Shown piece after piece: positions 9,751-27,061 of a stretch of DNA of 64,000 nt; the stretch's first letter is position 1; each line of letters opens with the position of its first letter. This DNA is from the human T2T-CHM13v2.0 reference genome, Homo sapiens. Made by a program: the position numbers and the translations under genes. A model generated the notes under the pieces. It ran no database searches, was not told the origin of the DNA, and was given only the letters and a program-made list of their open reading frames with translations. The stretch is taken from NCBI RefSeq assembly GCF_009914755.1, contig NC_060925.1, one strand, 5' to 3'.

Positions 9751-12700
9751 CCTGTGACTTATTGTGAGCGTCCAAATGTTCAGAAGAATATTTCATGTTG
9801 GGATTTTTCCACATGGGGATTAAAATGTGGGTGGAGAGTGACTAAAGCCCTGCTGATAATTGGCTAACAAGGAAGCCTGTGCCGGCAGCTAATTTTTAAG
9901 GTCATTGTAAATTTCTTCCCCTCCTCTCCTCAGTACCCTTTGTGGCCTAGCTTTTGATGATATTTCAGGTGATTTTATATGTCCTTAAAAGTCTAGTTCC
10001 TAAGCATTTGGTAAGAAAATGAAAGAACAGCTCTTGCTGAATCATTCCTGGATGAAATAGGATTTTGTCCCTTTTTTTCTTTCTGGGTTTTATTGCCAGT
10101 GACTTGGCTTAAACCGTCAGCTAGGCCTACCACCGGCAACTGTTTCACTCACCAAAGGTACACGCCATAACTGTTTAGAAATGTGGGAAAGTTTGTCTTC
10201 TCAAGTGTGTAAAAGATGAGGAGGGGGGGTCTCACCAGGTCTTTCACTGCATTCCGGATTTAGTTTGAATATTATTTACCGAAAAAATAAATCATAGCTT
10301 ATGAGTAGTGATTTAAGGAAGGGCAGGGAAAAAAGGTTCCAGTGAAGGTGGCAGGGGGGATGCACATGTCAGCAGAAATCCTGGTTGTATGGTAATGTTA
10401 TCAGCTGCCCTTTTGGAGCTCAGCTTGAAAGTGTGACTAAAGCTCCTCTGGCTGCTATAAAGCTAGTACTTTAGACTTAAAGCATTGTAAGGCAGATGCC
10501 TCAGAGTGGAAAGTTGCCCGGGCCTGGCCGGGAGCTAGTGGAGCAAGTTACAGGAAGAACTAGTGCCTAGAGCTGGGGGGTGGAGAGAGCACTTGTGCCT
10601 CACCCTTTGCCTGTCAGTTGTTCAGCGTGTAACAGTTCCCTGCTTCTTAGGTTCTTTCTGTACCCTTTTATAAGGGTGTATCCCCTTTTGGTAACTTACT
10701 GTTTGTTAATTTGTAGTGTTCCCTGCCAGTAAGCTTGTAACACTCTAGTGACTCACCTTCGGGTGGGAGGGTAGGAAAGGGAGAGGCCTGCCTCCTAAAC
10801 CTGGGAAGATGGGGAGAGAGTGGTAAACCTGAGAGCCCAAAAAACAAACCAAAACAAAAAAACAAAAAAAAAGATGCCTTTAAAAATTCAGTTAGATGTT
10901 TGCCCAGATGAGGGCTAACACTTAAAATATACAGATTCCTGGGAATGTTATTCCTAAATTGCATTCAAAAATAAAAGTGAACTCAACATCTTATAGCACA
11001 ATAGGCTTGGCACTCATCCATGCTCCATGCCAGTACCCTCAGTCATTGTTTTCGGATTATTTTAGCAACAAATGAACAGATAAGTGACTTTCCATTCAAA
11101 TCAGGCTATGTTCTTTTAAATATATCTAAACTTAAGAATAAGAAAGGCTTTAACTAAAATAGCTTTGAAGGATTTTGTATGGTAAAGTAAAATTGGTTTC
11201 TTCACTTAAAAACAAACAGGTTTAAAAGTAAAATAAAATAAAAGCCCTGAAGCTTCAGTTTCTCATCTGGCTTTTGGATAGAATGCTCATCCTGGGGATC
11301 AAGTGAAGTAATCTATGTTCTGTTTATGGAAGGAGTGCTGTGCCAGCCTGAGTTGTGGCTATTGTTATTGGGCTTACATAGGTACAGTAATTAGAGCCAA
11401 GAGAAGATCAAATCTTTACAGACTGGGTTTGTTGTTCGTCAGTAAGTCATTAGCCCTTGCAAAATTAGAGAGCAGTTTTTCTTTCACCATGAGAACATAT
11501 TAAGGTTTGAAAATAATGGGAAATACTGTTAATTGCCCTTCATAGGAAAGTCAAGTAGAGGTGTCAATTGACATTATTGCAACTGTTATCTTCGCTCAAC
11601 AAGCAAATCTCCTGTTTAATAGCATCTTTCTGTCTACTTTCACTTCTCAGGTGAAGGACTTTGTTCGCGGTTGATGATCATTTTTACGTTTTTGAAGTCT
11701 TGCAAAATAAAATGGGCTTTTCGGCCTTCTGTGATGAGAGGGAGCCTGAACATTTGTGCTGTGCTGACTTCTTCTAGCTGCCGAGGGCTCTCTGCCAGCC
11801 AACAGGCTAGAAGAAGAAACCCGAGTGTCAGATCAGATGGGCTCACAGTAATCAGAGTGGCTGGGTTTGGACGGCAAAGCACCAGGCAAAATGTTTCCCA
11901 TCCCTGCCAGAGCTGTCCAATTCTAGATTACACTGAAAGTACATGTCCAGTACATGATAATGTGCAGTAGAGAGAACTGTAAAACCTACTCACTCATTTT
12001 AAAACTCTCCATTTATATATTTTGGGGGAGGGATGTGGAACCTAGTCAGGTCTGAACTTTCTCACGTTGCTATGAATTGAGTGTATGAGAGGAAGTGTGT
12101 ATTCTTTGGCTGGAGTCATAGAGAGACTGTTCTTAGCATATGACTCACCTCATTAGTTGTGCTGAAATCTGTTGTCAGGAATCCACAAGAAGTTCTTCAT
12201 ATTTATTTTGTGTTTCGGATAGCAGATTCTGTTACGAAAGAAGTACCCTTCACCCTACACTTTCTCTTTGGTTTGGTTTTTATTTGCATCCTGAGCAAAG
12301 GGATTTTTGATCAATAGACCTCATTCCTTTGTTCCTTTGTGACTTTACAGTGAATCTCTTTATCTGGTTTTAGACCTCACTTACTAGTTCCTTTGTGACT
12401 TATGATGAAATATATCTGCACGTGATCTCTTTCCAGTTTTATTCAAACCCTATTTAGTAATGACTATTGGCTGTCTCAGTGATTTGATAAGTTGATTCAT
12501 GATAGTTCGTGCTTTGTCCTTGGGACTTGTATTGTTTGGGAGCCTGATAATCAGTGTAAGATTTTGTGACTCAGTGGGCCTTGCTGTGTAGATCGGTGAG
12601 CTGTGATTGCTCTTTCTAGTCTGTTACCATGTAGGGGCAGGTCCCTAATGCACTTTGGGGTTATCCTCTTGTGTGTTTCTTTTATCTTCCACATGATGCT

Positions 12701-15700
12701 TCCATGGCACCATATTTGTTTTATTATTTCAATTCATGTGACATTTCTTTAGGGCCTTGGACAGCCTTTATCCTCTTCAGCCTGGCAGTCATTTTCCTTC
12801 CTAGCCTAGGCTTCAGGGTACTAATTGAGGAGTGATCAGGACTTACTGGGAGTTGATCTGGTCCTCTCATAACGCATATGCTGATTATTAATCAGTTGTC
12901 TCTAACCAGAGCAATCTGGTAAAATGAAAAAAAGGAGGGTAAGGTGGTCAGCAGAAAGGGGGAGTTAAGGAATAAGTAGAAAGTTTTAACCCTTCATAAC
13001 CCATGCACCTAATGTAGAGGTAGAATTTTCCATTGAAGAAACTGAAGTTTTTGTCTGATTGTTCTTAATAACTGTAAAAGCAAAAATATATCTAAAGTGC
13101 ACTGATTCTTTACACCTTTTAGAATTTTTATTTTTTGAATGATCATGGATGTACACTACTGCAGGTAGGGTAGGCTGTCAGGCTCATTAAGAATTGACAT
13201 GCAGGCAGATTGGGGAGGAAGGTTAAGTCATGTTCTTTTGGGTTGAGGGAACCTGCTGGCTAGAACTGTCGCTGTTCTTTGACCCTTGCTGGCTGCTGGG
13301 CTGCCCAAGTTTGGATATACTAAACTGGGCTCACAAAGGGATCTACTGCTTTGGCCTTGGTAAATTATATTCTCCAGGATGCATATTTGGGTGGGCAAGA
13401 GAAGGAATATGAAGGCATGGTGGCCCCTCAGGCTCACCTCCTCTGCAGAGAACTGCTGCTCCTGCAGTGATGTGCTGCTGCTGGGGCTGGATAGCAGCCA
13501 TGGTACTATGACAGTGTCCTCCCTCAACCCCGGCCATCCCTTAGCCCTCCAGTCCCTGGCTAGACAATTCCTTGCACATAAACTAAACTACTTAGTCATT
13601 TAGGAGCAAATGGAGATGTAATAAACTGGGCTAGATCATTTCTTGACTGTTATTTTCTTTAAGTTTTCACTGTTAAGATCAAATGAAAAATAATGCCAAA
13701 GGAGTTTTTTCTTCAAAGGTTTGAAAAGAATTTTCATAGAAAGCGAAAAATGGCAGTAATGTATATGTTAATTAAGACCAAGTTATAATAATAGCCTTTG
13801 TGTAGTGCTTTGAGAATACTTTTACATACACAATTGTGTTGGATGATTTAATAATGTATCGACCAGGAAAATGAGAAAGCACCCCTCCCCCTTACCTTTT
13901 ACATTGAAGGTAGCCCAGACTTGGCAGCCTCTAGGGAACCAGCAAGGTCAGAGTCCATCACACAACTTTCCTGCTAAAGTGGTATTTGCCAAATCATGTC
14001 CAGAGGTGTTGTTTCTACAATCTTCTTGGCAACTCCGAAATGGGCTGCATTTGGGGCACTTCCTTTTGCCATCCTTCTGGCCCTTCTTGCCCGTCAAAAG
14101 CTTTTGTCTGTGGGCTTTGGAAATAGTCCAGTTTTTAAGGTGTTTTATTTTTCAGAGTTAATGGTTTCTTGACTAATCAGACTATGAAAATGCCTTCTCT
14201 AGGTTCTTTAATAGTTATACCAAGTGTTATTCCCATTTTAGGAATGAAGAAACTAAGGCTGACAGGCAAAGGTCATGTAGCCAGCATGTGGCAACACTAG
14301 AATAAATTGGCAGACTCAACACCATTAGCAGACCTGTCTGGAGGGAATGGTGGGTCTTGAACTTTCAAGTACCCTCTAAACTTTTTCAGCAGGAATTTCA
14401 GAAGTCTCAAGAATTCTGAGCTCCCTGCTGGCCATGGGACATTGTGCTGATATGGTGGGAAAAATGCAGGTTGAGAAAGCCTTCGCATCCTGCCCTGTTG
14501 GAGGCTGGTGTTTGGGATGGGTATGAAGGCCTTTGGCGGTGGCTATAGCTTATGCAGACCTGAAGCAATATACCTCTGGGATGGAAGATCCTGCTTATTT
14601 TGGGATAATTTCTAAATCTGTCATATCTATCCCCAACCCTGTCCCCATTAAATGGCTAATTGCCAAAAAAGAGGAAGCAACATCTTCAGCTCTAGCAAGT
14701 CTCGGGGATGTCTCACTCATTGTGAGGACTGTGAGGATTCGGTATATATTTTTAAGTGAGTGAACCTTGTTACATGTTTTAACCTTGGTTCCTCCTGTCA
14801 AGAATTTTATCTTCTCATGTCTTGGGCACCTTTTCCCTCTACCCAGATCAAATAGCAAAATGCTTAGTTAATCTTTGAGAGGATAGAATCCATGGGAAGC
14901 ACAGGATGAAATGATGACGCTGTGCTAAGCTGTGTCACCGTGGGTAAGCCCCTGCCCTTGCTGTGACTTTCCACTTCCTAAATTAGAATGGAAGGGGGAA
15001 AAAAAAAAACCATAACCCAACTTCATTTTTATGAGTGGCCCTTTAGAAAATAGTGTAATCCGTTGAGTTTCCATTGTACCTTTCCTCAGAGATGCTCAAA
15101 GGGGCGGGGGTGCCCTTACATGGAACATGATGAGAGTGAGGATTAATCACTCCCAGTCCTCTGGGAGGGGGGAAGTGACCTGAACTTTCTAATTGAAAAA
15201 GTAGGAAGTGTGTGCCCAATGCCCAGATGAGTGGGAAGATTACTGTAGTTGATTGAGGAAATGCCGTATTTATCATTCACCCTTCCCATGACCTTTGTTT
15301 TTCCCTAATGCCTTAAAAAATAATAAGGAAACATTGTCCTACCTGATTCTACCACTGTTCATCTCACGCAGTGTGCACTCCCTGACTCTGAATTTTGCAG
15401 CTTTGAGACTGAGGTAATTGAGACTGATAGGGATTTAAGGATATTTGGTTCCCACAAGAATAAGCTAATATTAAGTTATTATTTTACTTGTGGAGAAGAA
15501 CTAAATTGTATAAGCTGCCTGGTTCTTCTAGACACACATTGCCTAGTGAAAAAATTAAAATTTTGAAGAAAAAGCAGTTTTACTTGTTAATACTTGCCAT
15601 GTGTCTCACCCACAAATAGCCTCATTTAAAACTTTGCCTTACCTAGCATGAATGGATAAAGAAAAAGGAGAGTTATTAGGGAATCTAAATTCCCAACTAA

Positions 15701-15963
15701 CTTTAGCACTGATAGTGGTGAAGCTATGGGCAAGACATTTATTTTGTAAGTGGGGGTAAAACTTTGGAACGTGTTCAAAGCCTAGCTGCTCTAGTAATCC
15801 TCTCTCCTCTTCTGGAGTGGAAGATATTGGAAGTCTGAGAATAAGCAAAGCATGCAGATTATGAAGCTGAGGGGTTATAACTATTTCATTTATTGAAATA
15901 TATTTCAATGATATTCAACTTGCTCAGAGAGAATCCGTGAGCTGTATTTTAAAAATCAATACA

Positions 15964-16251
15964 GGCTGGGCACGGTGGCTCACGCCTGTAATCCCAGCAC
16001 TTTGGGAGGCCGAGGTGGGTGGATCATGAGGTAAGGAGTTCAAGACCAGCCTGGCCAAGATGGTGAAACCCCGTCTCTACTAAAAATACAAAAATTAGCC
16101 AGGCGTGGTGGCGAGCGCCTATAATCCCAGCTACTCAGGAGGCTGAAGCAGGGAATTGCTTGAACCCTTGGGCGGAGGTTGCAGTGAGCTTAGATTGCGC
16201 CACTGCACTCCAGCCTGGGCGACAGAGTGAGACTCCATCCCCAAAAAAAAG
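15964..16251 (+). mobile_element. Alu (AluS-like), intron 1
   Basis: Full dimer; near-perfect TSD AAAATCAATACA / AAAATTAATACA. Confidence 0.95.
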
Positions 16252-17494
16252 AAAATTAATACAAAGTGGTCACATAAATCTTTTAGAGATCCTTAGTCAA
16301 TGTCTTTAAAATGTTTTTTAAGTGTTGTGCTTTCTCATTAAAGGTATGATATACCTTTAATTAAAGCTAAAGATATACCACTTTAGCTGTGGTTCCTTTC
16401 TGGTAGATGACCTGCCTTTTCCTTTTTGTTTTATTTGTCCACTTGTATGTGTTACTATTTTTCATTTAAACTCTGGCACCAAGAGCTGTACCGAAAGAGG
16501 CACCAACAAATGTGGTTGCTCCATAATGGAGAGAATGTCAAGAATGTTGACTATCTTTAGACCTGCTTCATTAATAGATAAGATAGAAACTAAAGAACCC
16601 ACCCAGTTGGAAGAAGTTATTAGTCAAGTAGTGCTGCACACGTGACCACAGAAGTTAAAAAGGTAAATAATGTGTCTCTACATGTGGCCCACTCCAGTGA
16701 ATTTGGAGAAGGATTTCTCCTTGGAGTCTTAAGAGGATATTTTTAAATTTAAGTGAACAATGTATTTTATTTGCAACTGTATTAGTTATGACTGAAACAC
16801 ACATAATACGTTTTGATTTTCTTTTTTCATTTCAGCACAGTGAAATTATAATCTGGACACGAGTTCCTAATTATTGCTTTAGTAGCTGGTAATGCACTTA
16901 GGAAAGTTAGAAATGAGTAAAGGAGAACCACAAAATAATAGTAATAGCACCATATGTCATGCATTTTAAGAAAATTGCTAATGTCTACTTTTTGGCCTTA
17001 AGTTGTAGTTGTGGGAGGCTGCTTCAGGGGGAGGTGTCTGGAACAAGGGGCTCTTCTGCTCCGCTAAGCTTTGGAGCACCAAGTTCAGGCTTTGTGTAGA
17101 TAAGCTCAAGGATTTTTCAACAGGGGTGGGGGAGTGGAACAATCTAAATTTAAACTATAGAATCAACATTTTCTTTAAAAATTGTTCCAGTTTTCAAGAG
17201 GCGTAGGTGGATCCTGTGAATTATGTGATAATGCACACGCTTTTCCTACATCCTGCTTATGTCAAAACATTTCCAGAGACTTTCATTTTGGAGGTTTTAT
17301 TTTCAGGCTACAGAATGGGCTGGGCGCTCCCTTTTTTATCTCTTATGCAAAGAATTTTAAGGAGTCTTAGGCTGACTTTTTAATATGGGAAGCTGGTAAA
17401 GGTCAGTGTTCTTATGTGAGCACTAAAGATATTTAAATTTGATATGTAATAATGTCTTTGCAAAGCAAAGAATATAAACAGTATAAAAGTACTA

Positions 17495-17700
17495 GCATTT
17501 AGATGTATTGTATCATTTAATCCTTAAAAACATGAAATGAGGTTGGCACTATTCTTTATCTCCACGCTGTGGAAGAGGAAATTGAAATGTAGAAGTTAGT
17601 AACTTGCCTAAGGATACACTGCTGGTAAGTGGTAAAGCCCAGGATTTTAACTCAAGGCTGTCTGATTGAGAATGCGGACTCATAAGCACAATATTGCACT
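17495..17700 (-). mobile_element. MIR (antisense to the gene), intron 1
   Basis: Core gaggaaattgaa...aacttgcctaaggatacac..gctggtaagtgg..caggattttaactc resembles reverse MIR. Confidence 0.75.
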
Positions 17701-17997
17701 CTAAGTTAATAATGTAAAGTTAGTTTCATTCTTTCAGTAGGGAAGATGGAAGGCTGCAGAATAGGGATTTTGATAGCAAAAATCTCCTCATTAACCCCAA
17801 AAGGAAGTGGCACTGGCAGGGCCATTCTGAAGCCTACCGGTAGCTTCAGTATTGTTCTTAATGCTCTTGGATGGAGAGAATGTATCTTGAGCCAATGTAT
17901 TAATAGTAGATTGCTTTGCTTATGTAGTAGGCAATATATGGGTATACATTTTCCTGACTATTATCTTAATGACTATTCCAAATTATGACTACCTTAA

Positions 17998-18231
<234 letters not shown>

Positions 18232-18853
18232 TAAAAATCCATGATTTTTAATCCCCCAGGCCTCACTGTATTCTTCAAAGAACTGCTATATATTAAAAGA
18301 GATCATAGCAGCTGTACAGATCTCATCTAGTCGTAGAGGTTAATGTTGAACATATACTTTTTAAAAGCTGTTAGAGGGTAGGAAAAGTTATTCAGTCACT
18401 CTGGCATAACCAGAGATAACAGAAGGAACTTAGGTTGATACCATGAGTCTTTGCTTTTCTCTGTATTATATCAAACATTGGGAAATTCAGCCTCTCCAGG
18501 CGATGGAAGCTTCCATAGACTTAACCTGTCTAGAATCGACCTGGTCATCAGAGAAGGCAGATAAGGTTTTACTAGATCCCTGAGAGCTGCTGGGTTTCTC
18601 TGAAGTGTTATGGCAAATAGTAATGGGCCACGGTCACTCAGCTTTAGCCATTCTCCAGTGAAGAGCTGTCAATGATAACTGTGTGGTTGCAAAGCCACAA
18701 AGCGATGGTGAAAATTGTACCAACTTATGCACTGAAGAAAACATCTGCACTTTGTTTAATAAGCTTAATGATAGTAATGAATAATGCTATTTTTTCTGTC
18801 ATTTTTTTATACTACACTGTTTAACTATTTTCTTTGTTTCTGTTTTCCCTTAG

Positions 18854-18913
18854 GATGATCATAAACTTAGCCTTGATGAACTTCATCGTAAATATGGAAC
18901 AGACTTGAGCCGG
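18854..18913 (+). CDS. ATP1A1: ATP1A1 exon 3
   Basis: cttag|[20 protein letters not shown]|gtatgt, 60 nt. Confidence 0.98.
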
Positions 18914-19598
18914 GTATGTTCTAGTTTGAAAGCTGTTGTACAAAATCCTAGTTTTCCGTATTATATTTTCCCCTGTATTACATACAGGTCTAACCTCAGG
19001 GGCTCTAGTAAGAAAATGACAGACACCATCTGCGTATCTACCATGTGACATGCACAGAATTTGGGCATTTATATGCTACCGTTTCTTTTCCCTGAAACTT
19101 TTTGAAAGTAGATGTTATTTTCTTTTCCCTATTTTATAGCAGTTGAGAGCCAGTAAGTGGGAACACCAGGACTTGCAGTTGGCTTCAAAGCCATGCTTAT
19201 GCCTTGACCTTTTGATGATAAATTTTCCCTTTATTTTTCTACATTTGTTAAATAGAGTTGAATCTTTCACCTAGTTGAATCTTCAACAATTCCCATTTTT
19301 GCACTTTTCCCAGCTAGCCCATTGCAGTGTGTTATGGTTATACTATCATTTGTTTAGTTATTCTATCATTTAGTTGGAAATTGTTTTGTACAAAAATTAA
19401 AGAAACCTTTTCATAAAATAGGCGTTATGTATCCTTGTTATGTAGAGGATTTTGATATTAAATGTGTAACAAATGTTATAAAAGTAAATAGTCTAGGGAT
19501 GTCTTATTTCCAGATAATCACTGAAATGTCTGGGAATAACTTGAATAGCAAGCCAATATGTAGCATTTTTTCAGTAAGGCATCAAGAGACATGGGTAC

Positions 19599-20370
<772 letters not shown>

Positions 20371-21240
20371 TCACTTAAGTTTTTATTAGAGTCTTAATGA
20401 AGTGTGCTCTCTCCGACCTATGCCCATTACTCAAATGCTGCGGGTCTATTTCTTTACTTATAAAATGAGGTTAATAATGCCTAAAAAAGGATTGTCATGA
20501 GAATTAAACAAGTTAATTAAAGCACTGAATTCAGTTCCTGGCATGTAGATAGCACTCAAATGTTTGGTAACATGAGCACAAAACACAGATAAATAGATAC
20601 TTTAGACAAAAATATTTTATTTTTTTTTTGACTTGTTATTTTGAGAGTATAAAAGTGATCATATTTTCCTCTCTTAATGAGAGCTTATATGTAATTGCCT
20701 GCTGTCAGTGAATCTTGGGTTTAAGGCCCATTAGAAAAATAGCAGGCTTTAGTAGAGTGGTTTTTTCCAGTGAGTACTTTTCAGTCAACAGGTTTATTGG
20801 GAGGTGGCTAAAATGCACATGGAGGTGAGCCCTTCCCTGCCAGACAAGCAAAGAATCAAGCTGTATATTTAAAACTTGGCTGTTAACCCAAAGGATTTCT
20901 ACAGGAAGTTTTTTTCTCCTTTGATGTTTGTAGAGGGGTTTTTTTTCCCCTCCCGACAAAATCAATACACAGAAAACCCAAAGCTCTTAATTTGCAAAAC
21001 TGAATGGATTTGTGAAAATAGATACCTTTTTGGCAGAAATGCAATTTGGCATTAATCCCTTGATCTAAAACTTAGAAGAAACCAGGCTGAATTCAAATTT
21101 ATTGATGGATCAATTTAAAGAGTTTTAATCTGGGTGTTATGAGTTCCTTGGGCCTATTGTTTGCCTGAACCCTGTGGGGACTGGCTCATCAGCAGAATTA
21201 TTCATGGAGGAATTTGCTAGGTTTTACCTTGGCTCTCTAG

Positions 21241-21591
<351 letters not shown>

Positions 21592-21645
21592 TAGTACACA
21601 TCAGATATCTTCTCCGTCTTTGTCTCCCACTTCTTCTCAATTACC

Positions 21646-21689
21646 ACTCATTACTTAATGGTTATGAACTCATTACTTAATGGTTATGA
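21646..21689. repeat. 22-bp perfect tandem duplication, intron 4
   Basis: ACTCATTACTTAATGGTTATGA x2. Confidence 0.95.
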
Positions 21690-22155
21690 ACAGCTGTTGC
21701 CTTCAAGGCTCATCCATTCTTCCTTCGTTTCCATTTCCTCTCTCTACCACCCACGTTGTAGATGCTCTTACAAGTGGGATGCCCACCTGCATGTGCTGCT
21801 GTGAGCAGGCAGCTCTGCTCAGGCCCCGGCCGCCACCCACTGGATGGCAGAGCACAGCGATTCATGTTGGCACATCCACCTGTCCAGAAATGCTTGGTGG
21901 CCATTCTTCAAAATCCACAAGTTGGTTGAAAAACAATCTTTGTTTTATAAAGCAGGAGAAACTGATGCATCTAGAACCTTTCCAAACGTCCAGTTAGTGA
22001 TCAAGTGTTGGTGTGCCTGACTCCATTTCTGACCCTTCCTGTGTGGTCTTTAGAAGGATAAATAAGAAAACATGAGTTCTATATTTCTGAAATCTTGGTT
22101 TCTCTATTAAAAATCTGTTTTTTATTCAGTCAAAAAATTAATTGAATGTCCCTAA

Positions 22156-22344
<189 letters not shown>

Positions 22345-22689
22345 TGACTTGACAGCCCCAAGCATGTCAGCCTGTGAATTAGTGTGAAGTTAAGGTTTTC
22401 CAAGTATTACATGACTCATCAGAGAGATGGATGTCTTCTACCCCACCCAAAACCAACCTATTTTCCTTCTATCCAAAAAGTGGTAGCCTTTCTTTTGAAT
22501 GTAAACTCTGAATACAGGCACACCATGTAACAGCAATATCTCTTAAACTGGCGAGCAAGCTTTTGTAACTTGTGTAAATAAAAAAGTGAATAATATCTTT
22601 GTTTTGTATTCAGGTAATTAGGATTATGACTATTTTTATTTTCTTGTTTTGGACACTACCTTCTCTTTGTTGGTATACTAACGGTGTAA

Positions 22690-22857
<168 letters not shown>

Positions 22858-22971
22858 TAACAAACCTCATAGCTAGCTCTGCTGTTCGGGCAGCTTGATT
22901 TGAGGGGTACAGTAGCCCATGATAAGGCTGGTGTATTCACATGACATTTTTCTTCTTTTCCTCACATATAG

Positions 22972-23157
<186 letters not shown>

Positions 23158-23507
23158 TAGGCACAATCTCTTGTTTTATTGGCTCCATTTCTGAGAACTT
23201 GTGTCAAGCACAGAGCAGAGGTGTTTTCCTAGCTGGCAGGAAACCTTGTGGCAGTTTCCCTTCCCTCCACCTCCACCCTGCCTCTTCTGTCAACAACACC
23301 AGTCTGGCATGGGTGTTGGAGCTGCTGTCCTGCTACTGGAGAGAAGTCCCTTTGCCAAACAGCATGTACAGCCAAAGAGCTGGCCCTTAAAAAGTGCTTT
23401 TATCAACTCTTTTTGTTTTTTTAGTCATCCTATGTAATTGTGTAAAATCCGTGGCTTCCTTCAGGTTAGATACAATTAGGTACAGTTCTCCCTCCCCTTC
23501 TTTTTAA

Positions 23508-23789
<282 letters not shown>

Positions 23790-24282
23790 TGATGGTCACC
23801 CTGACTCAGATCAGCTTGCACGAATGTTACACTCTTCCGCTATCCTATTCTAAGGTATTGCCAACTTATGTTTTATTCTGGATGTTTGATATAGTTCTTC
23901 TTGAGAGCCACATCACGTGGTGAATTTTGACAGTGAGAAAACCTCAGCATTTGTTTATACGTAAGATAACCCCAAAGCATACATTTTGCTTTTAAATTAT
24001 CACGTGGTCCAGAACAGTGCAGTGGAGAAAGGAGAAGAACTTGGGATCAAGTAGGGGGATAGAATATGGTAGAATCCTGTTATTATTTTTCTTAATAGAT
24101 TGCTTTTCTGGAAGGAAGGGGAAGCCTCATGTATGGGTTCCCCTTATTATTTCTTCAAACTTCAGAAGAAGGTTGGAGAGATTTAATTTTAGACAAATTT
24201 CTTCCACATTAGGATATAGCAAGAATCTGTATAGAATTCCAGCCTGGTTGAGTGAAGTAATAATCTTCCTAATATTTTTTAG

Positions 24283-24702
<420 letters not shown>

Positions 24703-24736
24703 TGAAGAATGCCTAAAATGTGATTGGTTTCATTAA

Positions 24737-24979
<243 letters not shown>

Positions 24980-26908
24980 TAATGGAGGGATGTAGACAGC
25001 ACATGAGAACTGCCATTTGAGTGTTAAAAGTAGCAAATTACCTTTGTGGTCTGTGTGACTGTTCACTGTAGAACACCTGGAGTGGTCTGTGCAGTACTTT
25101 GCTGTGTGTAACTTACATTGTGTTGCCTGTAGATCCTGATGTATTATAGGACCCCCTGCTCCATATAGGTTGATTAAAAAGGGAAGATGCAGTAAAAATC
25201 TGACCAAAGTGGGAGGGGAGGAGACGGAAGACAGTCTTTATTGGTGAAAAACCTAATTCATCTGCTTTTACTACTCTTGAGTTTATATGTTATCACCTAA
25301 CCTAGTGGACAGTGAGAGCTGAGGGCTGCAGTGACTCCATAATCGTATTTGCATATTAGGATACAGTAGATTCCAGTAACTCCTTTAAGCCATTTATTTT
25401 CCTGAAATAGCTCAGCTTATCTTATCTTATTGGTTCTTAGCTTGTTTACTAATGATGTAAAAATAAGCTCCAGGCCAAAATAAGCCCAGCCTTAGCCTGT
25501 GGAATTCTGATGCAGTTTGAAATGATTGAGATTTTACTATGCTGCCCAAGTGAAGATGCAGTCTCAGAAGGATCATGAATTGTACAAAGTCCTGTAGGAG
25601 AAGAAAGCTATGTGAGGCTCTCTGGGTCCCACATTCTCTGTGAAGCTGCCTGTAGTAGTTGTGGGTATAAACTAAGTTGCCAAAGGGAATATGGCTTGGA
25701 TGTAACTCAGATGCCTTCTGTGATGAGGATAGGGTTCATTTATTCTGCAAAGGAGATTTTCTTGGCATTGAATTGATGTTGATTTGAGGATAATGTTGTG
25801 TATCTTGAGGATAAAACTTGAGATAAATGTTTCATGTTTTTCTTTACCTCAAAGTGGAAATGTTCTAGGCTTTGAGCATCAGGTCCCACAAGTATCAAAT
25901 CTTTCCTGATTAAAAAACCCCAGAAAGGTAGCAGAAGCTGTATTCCAAGTATTTCTGGAGTTCGGCCATGTTGATGGCATTATTACTAAAAAGCGGGGAG
26001 GGAGAAGCAGCCCTATTCTGCTTTTATTAAAAATGGCTTTTATTAAAATAAGTGGCTTTTATTTAAAATGTCCCCCACTTATTTTGTGTTTCTTTCCAAA
26101 CCCAGCCAACTTTCTTGCTCTGTGGAGCTGCTATACTTCTGAGCATTGATCTGTTCATCTGCATATGCAGCCTTACATGTTAAGGTTCTAAAAGGTTTAC
26201 CTATATAAAATTTGTTTACAACTGAAAATGCTTTCAGTATGTCAAAATATAAGTGTGTCATCATGTATCATAGAAAATATGTGTGTCACTGAAGCATGGG
26301 CTTTAACTAAAATGTTACGTGGTTCGATTTTATTACTGTTGGAGTTGGTAATAGCTTTCAGTTCACATCCTTCAGGCCCAGTTAATTTTGCACAGTTATG
26401 ATTAGAATGCACAGTCTTCTACTTTGCCCTTGACACAGGCAGCTTGTCCCCAGTCCTGAGACCTTAAGCATTTTCTTACGAATTCTACGGTAATGAAAGG
26501 TGCTATAAATGTTTAATCTCTCACTTGGTATTTTCAGATAAGTAACCAGAAGTAGGTAGTTGGGAATAGCATTGGCTTTGAGACTTTTCAGTAGGCCAGG
26601 GGAAGATAGAAATAGACTGCAGTAGGTTGGAAGGGTGTGTTAATACCTCTTCTAGGGAAGGTGACACCTTCCCACACCCTTCTTTCACTAGAAGCTGCTG
26701 TGGGGTGGGGAAGGACGTTGGGGTTTGAGTCTGAAGCACTGTGAACAGCAGTGGTCGGGGCTAGAGGGACTCCTGTCCCACTTAACACCGCTGCTTCCTT
26801 CTTGCCCATCCTCTGCTACCTCTGACAAGATTGGAATGTGTCTTGAGTTATTTTTCCTGTTTTTTAGTGATGCCTCAGTGAAATTTTTTGGAGATAATTT
26901 ACAGATGA

Positions 26909-27061
<153 letters not shown>

